Of a stretch of 64,000 nt of DNA, positions 40,690-52,238 are shown one piece after another. The notes below the pieces were generated by a model. The model searched no databases. It was not told where the DNA came from and was given only the letters and a program-made list of their open reading frames with translations. Origin of the DNA: Octopus sinensis (taxonomy: Eukaryota); the NCBI RefSeq assembly GCF_006345805.1, contig NC_043013.1, positions 30,752,001 through 30,816,000 of the forward strand. The letters are read 5' to 3'. How positions within the stretch are numbered: the stretch's first letter is position 1; the number at the start of each line of letters is the position of its first letter. The position numbers were made by a program, and so were the translations under genes.

Positions 40690-40935
40690 AAGGCGCGTGG
40701 CTTAGTGGTTAGGGTGTCAGTATCTTCATCGTGAGATTGCGTTTTAGATTCCTAGACCGGGAAACGCGTTGTGTTTTTGAGCAAAACACTTCATTTCACG
40801 TTGCTCCAGTCCACTCAGCCGGAAAAAATGAGTAACGCTACGATGGACTGGCGTCCCGTCCAGCTGGGGGAACTCATACGCCACAGAAACCGGGAAACCG
40901 GGCCCATGAGCCAGGCCAGCCTTTGAAAGGGCGCA
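40690..40935 (+). mobile_element. SINE family C head with a different 3' tail
   Basis: GGCGCGTGGCTTAGTGGTTAGGG...TTTCACGTTGCTCCAGTCCACTCAGC shared with 28700, then GATGGACTGGCGTCCCGTCCAG...GAAACCGGGAAACCGGGCCC. Confidence 0.82.
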
Positions 40936-40949
40936 TATATTATTATTAT

Positions 40950-41003
<54 letters not shown>

Positions 41004-41019
41004 CATACAAACACACACA

Positions 41020-41076
<57 letters not shown>

Positions 41077-43783
41077 GTTTCTCTCTTTACCATCTTGCTT
41101 GGCGACACGTTAGTGGGCGAGGGGTGTAATCTCATTCGTATTTTGAATTTGCCGGCACTAGCACTGAATATGTTCTCTCTGATACTGTTAGGTGGAGAGT
41201 TATTCTCTAGTGCCTTCGAATTTAATTTTAATAATTAATATTTCCGGAATCTCACGCTTATGAGCCGAAAATGATCGGGTAAGGTATAACTATTTATTCC
41301 TTATACCGATATAATTCCGAAACGCGCGTACCGATTGATTTTCGTTATTTTTCTCTTTTGCCTACGTTGATTGTTTTCAAGTACTTTGGTTTTTCTGGGA
41401 GCCCTTGTAAAAGTAGAAGGAATAGCTAAGATTTTTTGACTGCTATTTCTAAACTTCGGTATGTGGTGAAGCAAATCTCTGCTGAACCCTAATTATGAAG
41501 TATTACTTAAGCTTACCATGAAATGGTCTTTTTCATGCCGAATTCTACTTTGTCAAATTACTGATTACTTCTTAATTAATTAATTTTACCGTTTGTTATT
41601 ATATATATATATACGTACATACATATACATACATTTATAAATACGTAAATATATATATATATATATATACATATAGTAGTAATTCTGAAAGCTAAAGGAG
41701 AAATAAAAACATTTATCCCTTTCAACTTTGTACCCTGCAAGGTTTCAACAATTTTTACGCAATCGAACTTAACAATTTTTAGATAAATAGATAGATAGAT
41801 GATGTATAGATATGTGTGTGTGTGTGTGGTGTGTGTGTATAACATTATTCCGATAGATTGGCTGTCGTTTTTAGGAGTAAATGATAGGAGTATAATTTAC
41901 TCGATGGAGACCAGTCTTTCGATCTCACATCTAAGCTGTTTCATCAAATTACATGTACAGTAGGGCAAGCACTTGCAAAGATTCATAACGTAGAATAATG
42001 TAAAATCTGGATTGAACATTCTAAGAAAGAATTTCCCTTTTCTATTCGCTGGAAAAATCATAAGAGACTGAAATATTGAGACATCTCGTCTCCTTCAAAC
42101 ACGCTTTTCATATAAAGTATTATTTCCTTAAGCAAACTATTGTAAATATAATTTTGCTGTGTCGTTCGCGCACAGTAAATGCGAAGTATAATCCATTGAA
42201 AATAAATTAATAATTCTTCATGACAAAATTATTAGGAAATAGCTTACTAGCGTTTTTAGTTTAATTTAATATTAGCATCTGTTCAACAACAAAAATTTGA
42301 TAAATGTTCTCGCAAAATGAATAATGGCACAGACAAAATATTTTCCATATTTCTGATTTATCATCAACGCACATTATCGCAGGTGCTCCAAATATGAAAC
42401 GGGACCACACATATCATCTGATTTCTCCACATCGAAGAATTCTAGTAAGGGCAACCAAAGAGAAGGTATAAATGTTAATTCGGATGTTGATTGAATATCA
42501 TATTGTTCAAAACAGATAGTTGTGATAGAAAGCCAATTTAAATATATTTAGCATATATTTAGCCGTGTCTTCTTTTACACTTGCAGCCGACAACTGCCTT
42601 ATTTGCGTTAATCAAGGAGCAGAAATATTTTAATTATTTGGCCCTTTATCATTTGTATACTGTCGAAATTGATCAAGAGTAAAATATTGAAACTCTGCAA
42701 ATTACGTAGTTTGTTACACCGTACTTTAATATTCACTAGAGTAAAACAAACTAGTATTCTTTTGGATCATTGAATGCTAATATTTAATACAGAGTGTACA
42801 CGCATGTTCGCGAATCATAAGTGATACCAAACATGTGGTGCAATAATCCTAATATTGAAAACAAATATGAAACAGTCCAAATCGCAAAATCAGCAATATT
42901 TAACGAAAATACAAAAGTAAATTTTACCATAAGTGTATGTAGTTTATACTTATTTGGATAGAGACAGTATGGTGAGAATTAGTGAATTAATATTTGTATA
43001 GCATATATATGATATAATTTAAAAGTCAATGAAGTATCTGGTTAATGTAATGAACAGTGTACAATATAAACTTAAACAGAAGTGCAGGGTAAATGGATCT
43101 TGAGCATATATTGACATTTGGTATAAAAATATAAAATTTAAATGATTAAACACAAATGCAGCATCCTAACATGTGCACAAATCCATGAGCTTAAAGGAAG
43201 CGTACAATTCATTACAGTATGTACGACATAAGATGTGCTTATTCTATCTACACCAGGAGAGTGAAAGTCAATGTCGGCACTGGTGGGATTTGAAATCAGG
43301 ATGTAGTGTGTTTGTTGCATTATTTTGCCGACCTAACAATCTATTAAATATAGTTACATAGTAGCTTTCAGAAACATAGGCTGAAATATTTAATCAGTTT
43401 ATTCTCTTCGTTATACACACACTCACACACACTTACATACAGATATTTATGGTGCAATTACTACGAGATTCGAATTGTTACATTATTACCAAAAAAAAAT
43501 TAATAAATAACACAAAACAGGTTTTGATATTTGCAAGAAAAACATTACCAAATTAAGTAATTTATGTCATGTCTAATTAATAGCAGTTATTTATGAGTCG
43601 AATACTAATATATTTCATTTCAATTTGGAAAGTCGTAAAACGTTAAAAAATAAAATCCAAGATTTGATTTCATGTTATACTGTGTACAAATTACTATAAG
43701 ATAGAATTACCTCATTAATTAAGCTAAACACGTGATTCGTGCGTACATCATTCCTCATTGCCGACATTCACACACTGGCACAC

Positions 43784-43819
<36 letters not shown>

Positions 43820-44142
43820 GTATACACATCGATGTATCTATCTATCTATATTATATTAATGCATATTTATATGAATATGCATTTGCGTATATTCAAGCGT
43901 GCATATAAACATATATTTATATTTATATCAGCATGAGTGTGTGTGTGCAAGTGACTATGTGCTAGTCCGCGCGTGTTTGTAATTGGCTCCAAGCGAAAAT
44001 AGGTGCTCATTAAAGTTGCTTATTTTATATGTATTCTTAACGAACCTACTTAGCGGAGAATGCCTGCTTAGCAACAGGGAGAAATATCAAATACCTCCTG
44101 AGACACACACGGAAATAATTCGAATATACACATACACACATG

Positions 44143-44214
<72 letters not shown>

Positions 44215-45989
44215 TATATATATGTATATGTATATATTCAAGAAATCAAAAAAATGGCTGAAAATCTCTTATCTATGAATTTAAAGTAAACTGCGTTTTA
44301 TATTTCTTTTATTGCTGATCATTTCTTCAGAGGTTTTATCGTAACTTGCCTTTAATCTATTTAATTGCTTCACAAGTGGCTGTAGAGATTTTCATTAATT
44401 AATTAATTGAATAATTAATTAAATTTTAACTTGTTATGGTACCATCAGGTATTATCTGCCGATAGGCTTCACTGAGAATTGTCGCTTCATATTAGAACAC
44501 GGGTAAGAATATTAAACAATTTGTTTTCCAAACTGTGAAAATGAAATGACAATGAGATACGCAACGAAATAAATCTTAACACTAATGTTTCAAGGCAATA
44601 CAACCATGAAATTAATATTTAAGATATAACACTTACAGAGCAATCAGAAAATTGTATACGATTAATAGTGGGAGAGGAACACCAGTTCTTACTGACAAAG
44701 TTAATTAAAACAGGTGTTTACATTTTATTATTTAATTACATAATTAGTTACAGAATTGAAAATACCAATTATAGGTAAATTGAATTAGAAAGTGAGTTTA
44801 AGCAATCGTATAGAGATAAATATAAACTACTCGTAGTCGCACAAAATTCAGACAGATATGCAGAGAAGCAGCAAAAATATTTTGTCGTATGCAGAGACAA
44901 TTTACTGTGAATTTAATTAAGACAGGTGTTGACATTCCGTTGTTTAATTAAGTAAATTAAAAATATTGTGTATAAATTAATTTTAGTCATTTTCAAGTAA
45001 AGTTTTTAAGAGTTGTAGCGTTTTCAAAGGAACGCCCGTAGATTTACACTTAATATATGACTTTACTTTATATATTTTATTTCTATAACAACAAGGACAC
45101 AATCTTAGGGCTGAAACGTGTGAGAAAATAAAAGAATTTAACAATCAAGCTTTCATTTCCATTCGCGTTCCATTTCATAATTGTTTGTCAGTCATTCTTC
45201 ATATCAGCCAAGTACATTAGTAGAGTGAGAAAACATTACTGCATTTCGTTATATACATTAAAACTGCTGAAATATATATATTGGGAATTTGAGATACGTA
45301 TATAATTATAATATGCAGTATCTCTCTTAAGAAGGAATATCATATAGTCATAAAGTGATAAATGTATCAGTAACAGCGGGATGTCCGCCTGGCAGTGGCG
45401 ATGGAATTTCTGCATCTTGGTTTCTCCATTGGCAAATATTAATATCGACATATGCTAAACAAGCCTCGGATACTAACTGATATAGTTTTGGACACAAATT
45501 CATTATTAGCAACGGAAGTAGTATTATTTCGAAATCTCTATACATACATACATTGTGAAGAAATTCAATAGCATATACAGAATGAAGATGAATACAGATC
45601 AAAAATTTCCAGTTCATACCGCTTCCTCGTCTGGTTATGTTATTTTGTCCGGCGTATAGGCCATAAAACCCCGGTAAACTTTCAATCACAGGCAACAAAT
45701 TTCACTTTACAACGTTCCATAGTCAATTGGTTTCACTTTCGTGACTAAAAAAATTAGTGAAAATCTTACAATTTTATTGTATCATATGAAGGTTCCGGCC
45801 TATGTTAGTAGCAGGAAAGTTTCTTTTTGTAAATGATTTAGAAACTAAGTAAAGCTAAGGTAGTTAGTTATTACAGGAGATGTAATTACTTTTTTTACGA
45901 GAGGGCAATTAATAGTATTTATATTACGAAATTTATACCAAGCTGGATATGCATTCATGAATTAAAATATTTATAAAATCCAAAATTTG

Positions 45990-47290
45990 TTACACGTTTA
46001 TCTTCCGACCACGGTTTGTATTTTTCTAATCGTTGTGGTATAGAGATTGTTTCCTTGCACTGGTAAAAAGTGAAACAGTGAAATTTGGTTGGGGCTTCCC
46101 CGCACATCATATTGTGTGTTCTCTCACTGGTATCTGTCCATTCATTGGGAAAACGAAACTGTTCCTTATGAAGTATAGTTTTCCGTCTAAAGGATATCTT
46201 TGTTTAGCTTATATAGGTGTGTCTACATCTTGAACAAGATATCACATAAATTAAATTTTCGGACTCACAAGTGAAATCGTGAACCTTTTCCGCTTTGAAG
46301 TAGAATTCCGAACTGTTCAGTAGGTTGAGGTATGTTCCACTGTTTGGACGTCCGCATCTTTTATTTCTTGCTTTCGTTGTCATTGGAAATAATTTCGCAT
46401 TGGTCAGTATTCTTTTTAGTGATTTATATTGTTTTATTTTGCTTTTGATGAAGTTGTGTCTTGAGAATATGGTTCAGCTTAGCGTTGCTAATGAGCATAG
46501 GTAAATGTTGAATAATGGTGTTATATAAATGTAATAACGGTGTTATATGCCACATTGCTTCTAGGGTTGTTTGTCGAAATATAGGGTAGTATTTGTAAAT
46601 GGGGTGCGTAATTTCGTTTTGTTTCCATTCGTGTTGTGATATCTATTTTCTTCGTACGTTTAATCACATCATCTATAAGTGAGGATGATAGTTTCTCTCG
46701 AATAATGTGGCTTTATGGTCTTGAAGACGTAGGTCCCGTGAATTTTCATCAGGCACTATTTTGCAAATCGTTTTCGCTAAATTAAAGGGAATATCTAATT
46801 TAATGTGTTACAGGTGATAACAGAAGTTATTGCTTTGAATCTGTGGCTCTATAATAGACATAATTTTCAATTTGATTCTTCACATTTTTATCAACATATC
46901 AAGAAATCTCTCTGCTATATTCTATTCTAAACCAAAAATTTGGATTTATACTTGCTGAGCAGTGGTTTAAATACATGAGGTTTATCAAAATACCCATTCC
47001 AGATGATACGGCATTCATCCATCCAGATATCTTTTCCAGTTCTCTTTTATATAATGTGGTAAAATGAGTATCCATATTTCTGCACTGTTACTGGATATAT
47101 ATTTAAATTTAAATATGCCGTTATTAGCTTCCCAGGGACTGGGACTGTTTTTTTTCTCAACGAAATTATACATTTTTGTCGGCAGTAAGTGGTATCAAAT
47201 GAGAAGTTCGGGAGGATAAATTGTAAATGTTTCACTATAAACAACCGGCCCCTGTACTCTGGAAATTTTCTGGTTAGTTTTCGAGCCACA
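45990..47290 (-). mobile_element. Penelope-like element, decayed RT plus GIY-YIG
   Basis: KRYLDG.CRIIW (RYxDD-like RT motif, ~47020); LKRILTNAK...RCGRPN...FTCESENLIYVISCSRCRHTYI (~46190-46420). Confidence 0.82.
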
Positions 47291-47680
47291 ATCTGGTAAC
47301 TTCTATTTCATAGTTGTGTAGGATAGTTTCAGAACATCGATTGAAGCTGAGATTGCAGCTTCATCAATTGTGTTCAGCAGGTGGTTCAGGTTCAGTATAT
47401 CTAGACCATTTCTAATGAAGCTTTTGATGTATTTCAAACTCCAGAACTACAAAGATATACACTGGACCAAAAGTTGCGGCAATCTTCTATGAGTCAATAC
47501 AGTGCGAGATCTGAGGATTGTCAGGATCAACATCACGTGGTTTCAAGTGCATATCACCAAGGCTGTAGCAATGTGTAACCGAATGACCGGATGGATCCTG
47601 AAAAAATTCAGAACAAAGGCCCAGAAATAATTTACATTATTTACATTTGACGGATATTTGTCCTCATCTTATTTGTTGTT

Positions 47681-47731
47681 AACACAACGTTTCGGATGAT
47701 ATACCCCCCCCCCCAGCTTTCATCAGGTGCC
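47681..47731 (-). ncRNA. Type I hammerhead ribozyme fold, left arm
   Basis: Minus strand GGCAC-CTGATGA-aAGCTG...CATCC-GAAAC-GTT-GTGTT: both core motifs intact, stem II mismatched. Confidence 0.65.
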
Positions 47732-47859
47732 TTGGGAGATTTTGAACCTGGGTTCTCATATAGAAACCGGTATTAAGGAAGGATAGGAAAATATTAGATT
47801 TGTAAGCCCTAAAACTCACTCCATAAATGGCCACGGGTATATTACGAGTTCGATTGACC

Positions 47860-47924
<65 letters not shown>

Positions 47925-47972
47925 GTTGAAAACTACCTTAAGAATGAGAACCCAGGTTTAAAATTTCACCAA

Positions 47973-48018
47973 GACACCTGATGAAGGCAGGAGGGTATAT
48001 CAGCCAAAAAGTTGTGTT
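47973..48018 (+). ncRNA. Type I hammerhead ribozyme fold, right arm (core decayed)
   Basis: GACAC-CTGATGA-aGGCAG gagggtatat CAGCC-AAAAA-GTT-GTGTT: stem I pairs, but GAAAC is mutated to AAAAA. Confidence 0.55.
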
Positions 48019-48693
48019 AACAACAAACAAGATGAGGACGATATCCATCAAATGCTAATAATGAAAATAATGTACATAATTCCTCATCTCTTAAATATAG
48101 AACTGAAAGTCCCAGAAATCCATGCTGGTTATATAGACGGCATTTTTCCTCAGCCGACTGGATTACTGTTCACCCGACTGTAAAATCGGAACGTGAAGTG
48201 ATTCAGCGGTGCCACACTGAGAAGGATGCATGAATGGAACAGTGTAGCTATTGGGAGAGACTGAAAGAGTTTTCATTATATTCCTTGGATCTATGATAAG
48301 AGAGATAAGCAATGATACAGGTTGAGTAACTGCGCAAAGCATATGCACAACATAATTTGGCGTCGACAATTATACGAGCTCCCGAAGTGGACATCACTGC
48401 AGTGTTCCAAAGGTCCCAACCATCTCTTCTAATTGTGAGAACTTTGTACTATAATAGCTTGGGTTTTAGAGTCTACGGCAATTTAATATTTTGCCGACAC
48501 AGAGATCTCTTTAACAAAACGTGACGTTCTGCTGTCCTAGGCACCAGATCAACCTACATAAAGGTTAGAAGCTCAAAAGAGTGCAGCAATATCGAATTAC
48601 CTCCTTCACCCAGCGTCAATCGCACAAGAATAGCCATTGAAAAAGTGTTTCCCCAGCATCGCCCTAGTCTTTGGTCTAAAACGCATAAAAGAA

Positions 48694-48762
<69 letters not shown>

Positions 48763-48783
48763 GTGTGTGTGCGTGTGTGTGTG

Positions 48784-48821
<38 letters not shown>

Positions 48822-49404
48822 CATGGAAGTTCCTTTCATTATGTTGAAAAAAACACAATATTAAAACTGTAATTTTGCTAAATAGAAATTGTGACAAAAA
48901 ATATCAATATACAATTCCTTTTGAAGTCATTATTTAATATATCTTTGTATCTAGAGAGCAATTGTAGTATATTTATTGAGCCTTGAACGTGTAGTTGTGT
49001 AAAATGGATCTTTTAGTAAATGTTGACTTTGATGTATTTTCATTTGGATGATCATTGATATACTTTCACTTTAACATATTTCAACTACTCGTGCGATATA
49101 TTTTTGTAAAGAACGTTATTTCCGATTCACTGGATGTCTCCATTTAAAAAAGAATCTATCTTATAGATGTTAAAGCATTTGTTTAAAGCCATGATATTTG
49201 TATTGCCGAACTTAATTTGTCCCTTCCTGTTAAGCGATTACTATTAAATTTCCAAATGGGTATATATTCATGTTATTAACTATGTCAACTCACTTGTAAC
49301 ATCCTGTTAATTGACTAGAATTACACGCTGACGTGAATGTGTATATATATTTACATAACAACGATTACACAGATATATTTATTTTTGCAATTTGTTTCTA
49401 ACTT

Positions 49405-49720
49405 TGGCGGCAAGTTTGCAGAATGATTAGCACACCGGACAAAATGTTTTGTTGCATTTCGACCGTCTATATGTTCTGTATTCATATTCTGGCAATGTTG
49501 CCTTTGTCTTTCATCAATTTGACGTCGAAGAAATAGGTACCATTTCCTATGTTGTCGACATATGTCCCCAGAATTTCACACATGTCATAGAAATGCTTAT
49601 CAGAAGACAGCGAGTTGCCAGAAACATTAATACACACAACGTGCTTGGCGATATTTCTGCCGGCTTTACGTTCTACGTCAGAATTCCTTCGCAGAATTTT
49701 CATAATTGTTAAATGGAATT
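49405..49720 (+). mobile_element. SINE family A, old degraded copies
   Basis: GGCGGCAAGTTTGCAGAATGATTAGCACACCGG...TTGCCTTTGTCTTTCATC. Confidence 0.6.
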
Positions 49721-50019
49721 TTCATCGCTGTTAAAAAAGGAAATTTCATTTCCACAGAAAAATAAAATAAACAGATATAAATGCCATTATAAAGCAGCGG
49801 GCGCTGTTTGGGAAAATTAACTCAAGGAAGACCACAAACAAGATGGCAGGTTGTGACTGGTGTTGTCTTAATACTGCAACCAAAACAGTTGTCACTAATT
49901 GTTATTGACACTTTAAATATTAGTTCTTCTTTTGAGGTGGTGCTTCAGCTTTCATTTCAAATTTTCCATCTTCTCGGCATTTGAAGATTCTAAATAAAAA
50001 TCAAATATATCAAAACAAA

Positions 50020-50290
50020 AACCTAGCACTCCGTCAGTTACGATGACTTGTGTTCCGTGCAATTAGGATGCAGGTGGTTGAGCACTCCGGAGACACTCCT
50101 AGGGACATTGAGAGTGAAACAAAATGTGTCAAGGCTGGCTCTTTGAATTACAGGTACTAATCATTTTTGCCAACTGAATGGACTGGAGCAACGTGAAATA
50201 AAATGACCTGCGGGAGTACACAACGCGCCGTCGGGAATTTAACTCACAAAGGTGAACCGAGTACCCTAACTTGTAAGACACAGGCTTTCA
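50020..50290 (-). mobile_element. SINE family C, degraded
   Basis: TTTTGCCAACTGAATGGACTGGAGCAACGTGAAATAAA is the reverse complement of the family C core. Confidence 0.75.
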
Positions 50291-50559
50291 CAATTTCTAC
50301 ACAGGTCTTGATTCTGGTATAGCGTTACGGCTTCAGTTTATTATTCACTAATATCTGGCTGCTTGCTACGTTTGTTTTTACCTCTTTATTTCATAAACTG
50401 CGACATTAAGCGAATGACGTTTGGCAGTTGTAAGTATTAAAATCATTAAGTTTTTGTTTTTTCGCGTGGTTCTATTGTGGCTCTAGTGTGGTTTTCGCGT
50501 GGCTCTAGTGTGGATTCACTTAACATTTAAAACAAAATATTTCAGGATAGACACTATAG

Positions 50560-50915
50560 TCCTCTTAAATGTTACCTCCGGCAAGTGACTTCTTCTATAA
50601 CTTCGGGCCGACCAAAACCTTGTGAATGGATTTGGAAGACGGAAACCAAAAGAAACCAATCGTATATATGTATATATAAATGTGTGTAGGTGGGTGTGAC
50701 ATTGAGTGTATTTGTATCTGTGTTAGTCTCCCCACCTATGCTGGCGTGCTTGTGTTCCCGTAACCTAGCGGTTCGGTAAAAGAGATCGATACAATAAGTA
50801 CCAGGCTTTAAAGAAAACAATACATAAGTACTGTGGTCCATACATTCGACTAAGATTCCTTCAAGTGATGTCCCAGCACGACCGCAATTTAATAGCTACA
50901 ACAGGTAAAAGATAA
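50560..50915 (+). mobile_element. SINE family B, degraded
   Basis: GGCAAGTGACTTCTTCTATAAC...GGATTTGGAAGACGGAAAC...TAGCGGTTCGG. Confidence 0.75.
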
Positions 50916-51160
50916 CAGATTTGGATAAGGCATCATGCTAATTAATATTTATAATGAAAGAGTACGTAATGCCACCGTTCATTTCCATGTTGCCATATTA
51001 AAAATGACATCTCCATTAAGGGGATGGATATCATTTTTGCTATTTTCGAATGAAATTATGATCGGTTACTGACATTAAGTTTTATAAAATATCGTTTTCT
51101 TGAAATGATGTTACTTAATTTCATTTTGTTTTGTTTTTCTCTCTCGAATAAACAATATTA

Positions 51161-51370
51161 CTCTTTTACTCTTTTACTTGTTTCAGTCATTTGACTGCAG
51201 CCATGATGGAGCACCACCTTTAGTCGAGCAAATCAACTCCGGGACTTATTCTTTGTAAGCCCAGTACTTATTCTATCGGTCTCTTTTTGCCGAATCGCAA
51301 AGTGACGGGGACGTAAACACACCAGCATCGGTTGTCAAGCAATGCTAGGGGGACAAACACAGACACACAA

Positions 51371-51405
<35 letters not shown>

Positions 51406-51573
51406 CATATATACGACAGGCTTCTTTTTTTAGTTTCCGTCTACCAAATCCACTCACAAGGCATTGGTCGGTCCGGGGCTATAGCAGAGGACAGTTGCCC
51501 AAGATGTCACGCAGTGGGACTGAACCCGGAACCATGTGGTTGGTTAGCAAGCTACTTACCACACAGCCACTCC
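51161..51573 (-). mobile_element. SINE family B, near full length
   Basis: Reverse complement of 30580-31000, including the (CTCTTTTA)2 tail. Confidence 0.9.
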
Positions 51574-52217
51574 AATATATACTGTTTCATCACACATACA
51601 ATTGTAATTTTCCATATTTTAAAATATTGCTTCTGGAACAGTTTGATTAATATTCTTCTTGTTATTTAAAGCACTTCCGTTCAAGTGACATTTCATATTT
51701 TTTTTAATAATGAGACTACAAATGGTTTGTATTTCATTGATGCAAAGACGCAGGTGGAAATTAAGAGAGAGAGGGGATTATTTTAAGCATAAATTAGAGA
51801 ACAAATCGGTAAAATACTGTAAAATATCTTAGAGATACAAATTACGTCTTAATGTAAGCCCTTGTGCCTACCAACTTCAAGCTACACGCTGCAAATATGG
51901 CATGATTTCAATATATTGAGCCTTCTAGCTCCAACTCGGGCCCCTGTTCTTTCCTCTTCCCTCTTCCCTTCGTTCAATTTATCTTTCGTCTTTCTCTTTT
52001 TTCTACCTTAACCACTCACACACACTCACAAACACATACATACACACTTACACACACATGCATACACATACTTTCATTCACATATACGCATGACACACAT
52101 ATAGGAACACACAGATTCAAAATAAGAAAAGAAGATTCATTCCCCACGCCCCGCACATGATGTTTCCGTGTAGCTCAAACACAAACAAACACACAGTCGC
52201 GCACGGGTAAACCGTAC

Positions 52218-52238
52218 CTTTCCTCTTAACGTATCCAT
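52218..52238 (-). CDS. Possible first coding exon MDTLRGK
   Basis: AAAAATGG start context and donor AAG|GTACGG, followed by a CpG/GC-box-containing, GA-rich stretch (51.9-52.2 kb). Very short, so weakly supported. Confidence 0.2.

Larger units (their letters stand above)
47629..48105. mobile_element. ~477-bp TSD-flanked foldback element with hammerhead-bearing inverted arms and an (AAT)n core
   Basis: AAAGGCCCAGAAAT (47615-47628) and AAAGTCCCAGAAAT (48106-48119) flank it. Arms ~47630-47760 and ~47943-48080 are reverse complements. Confidence 0.88.
47300..48650 (+). mobile_element. CR1-like LINE 3' part, interrupted by the 47629-48105 insertion
   Basis: HITKAVAMCNRMTGWILKKFRT before the insertion; RLDYCSP, SYWERLKEFSLYSL and PDQPT after it. 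Confidence 0.85.

Noticed and set aside
45348-45698. 116-aa minus-strand ORF
   Set aside because: No recognisable motif, overlapping frames are equally plausible and there is no clear donor; left uncalled.
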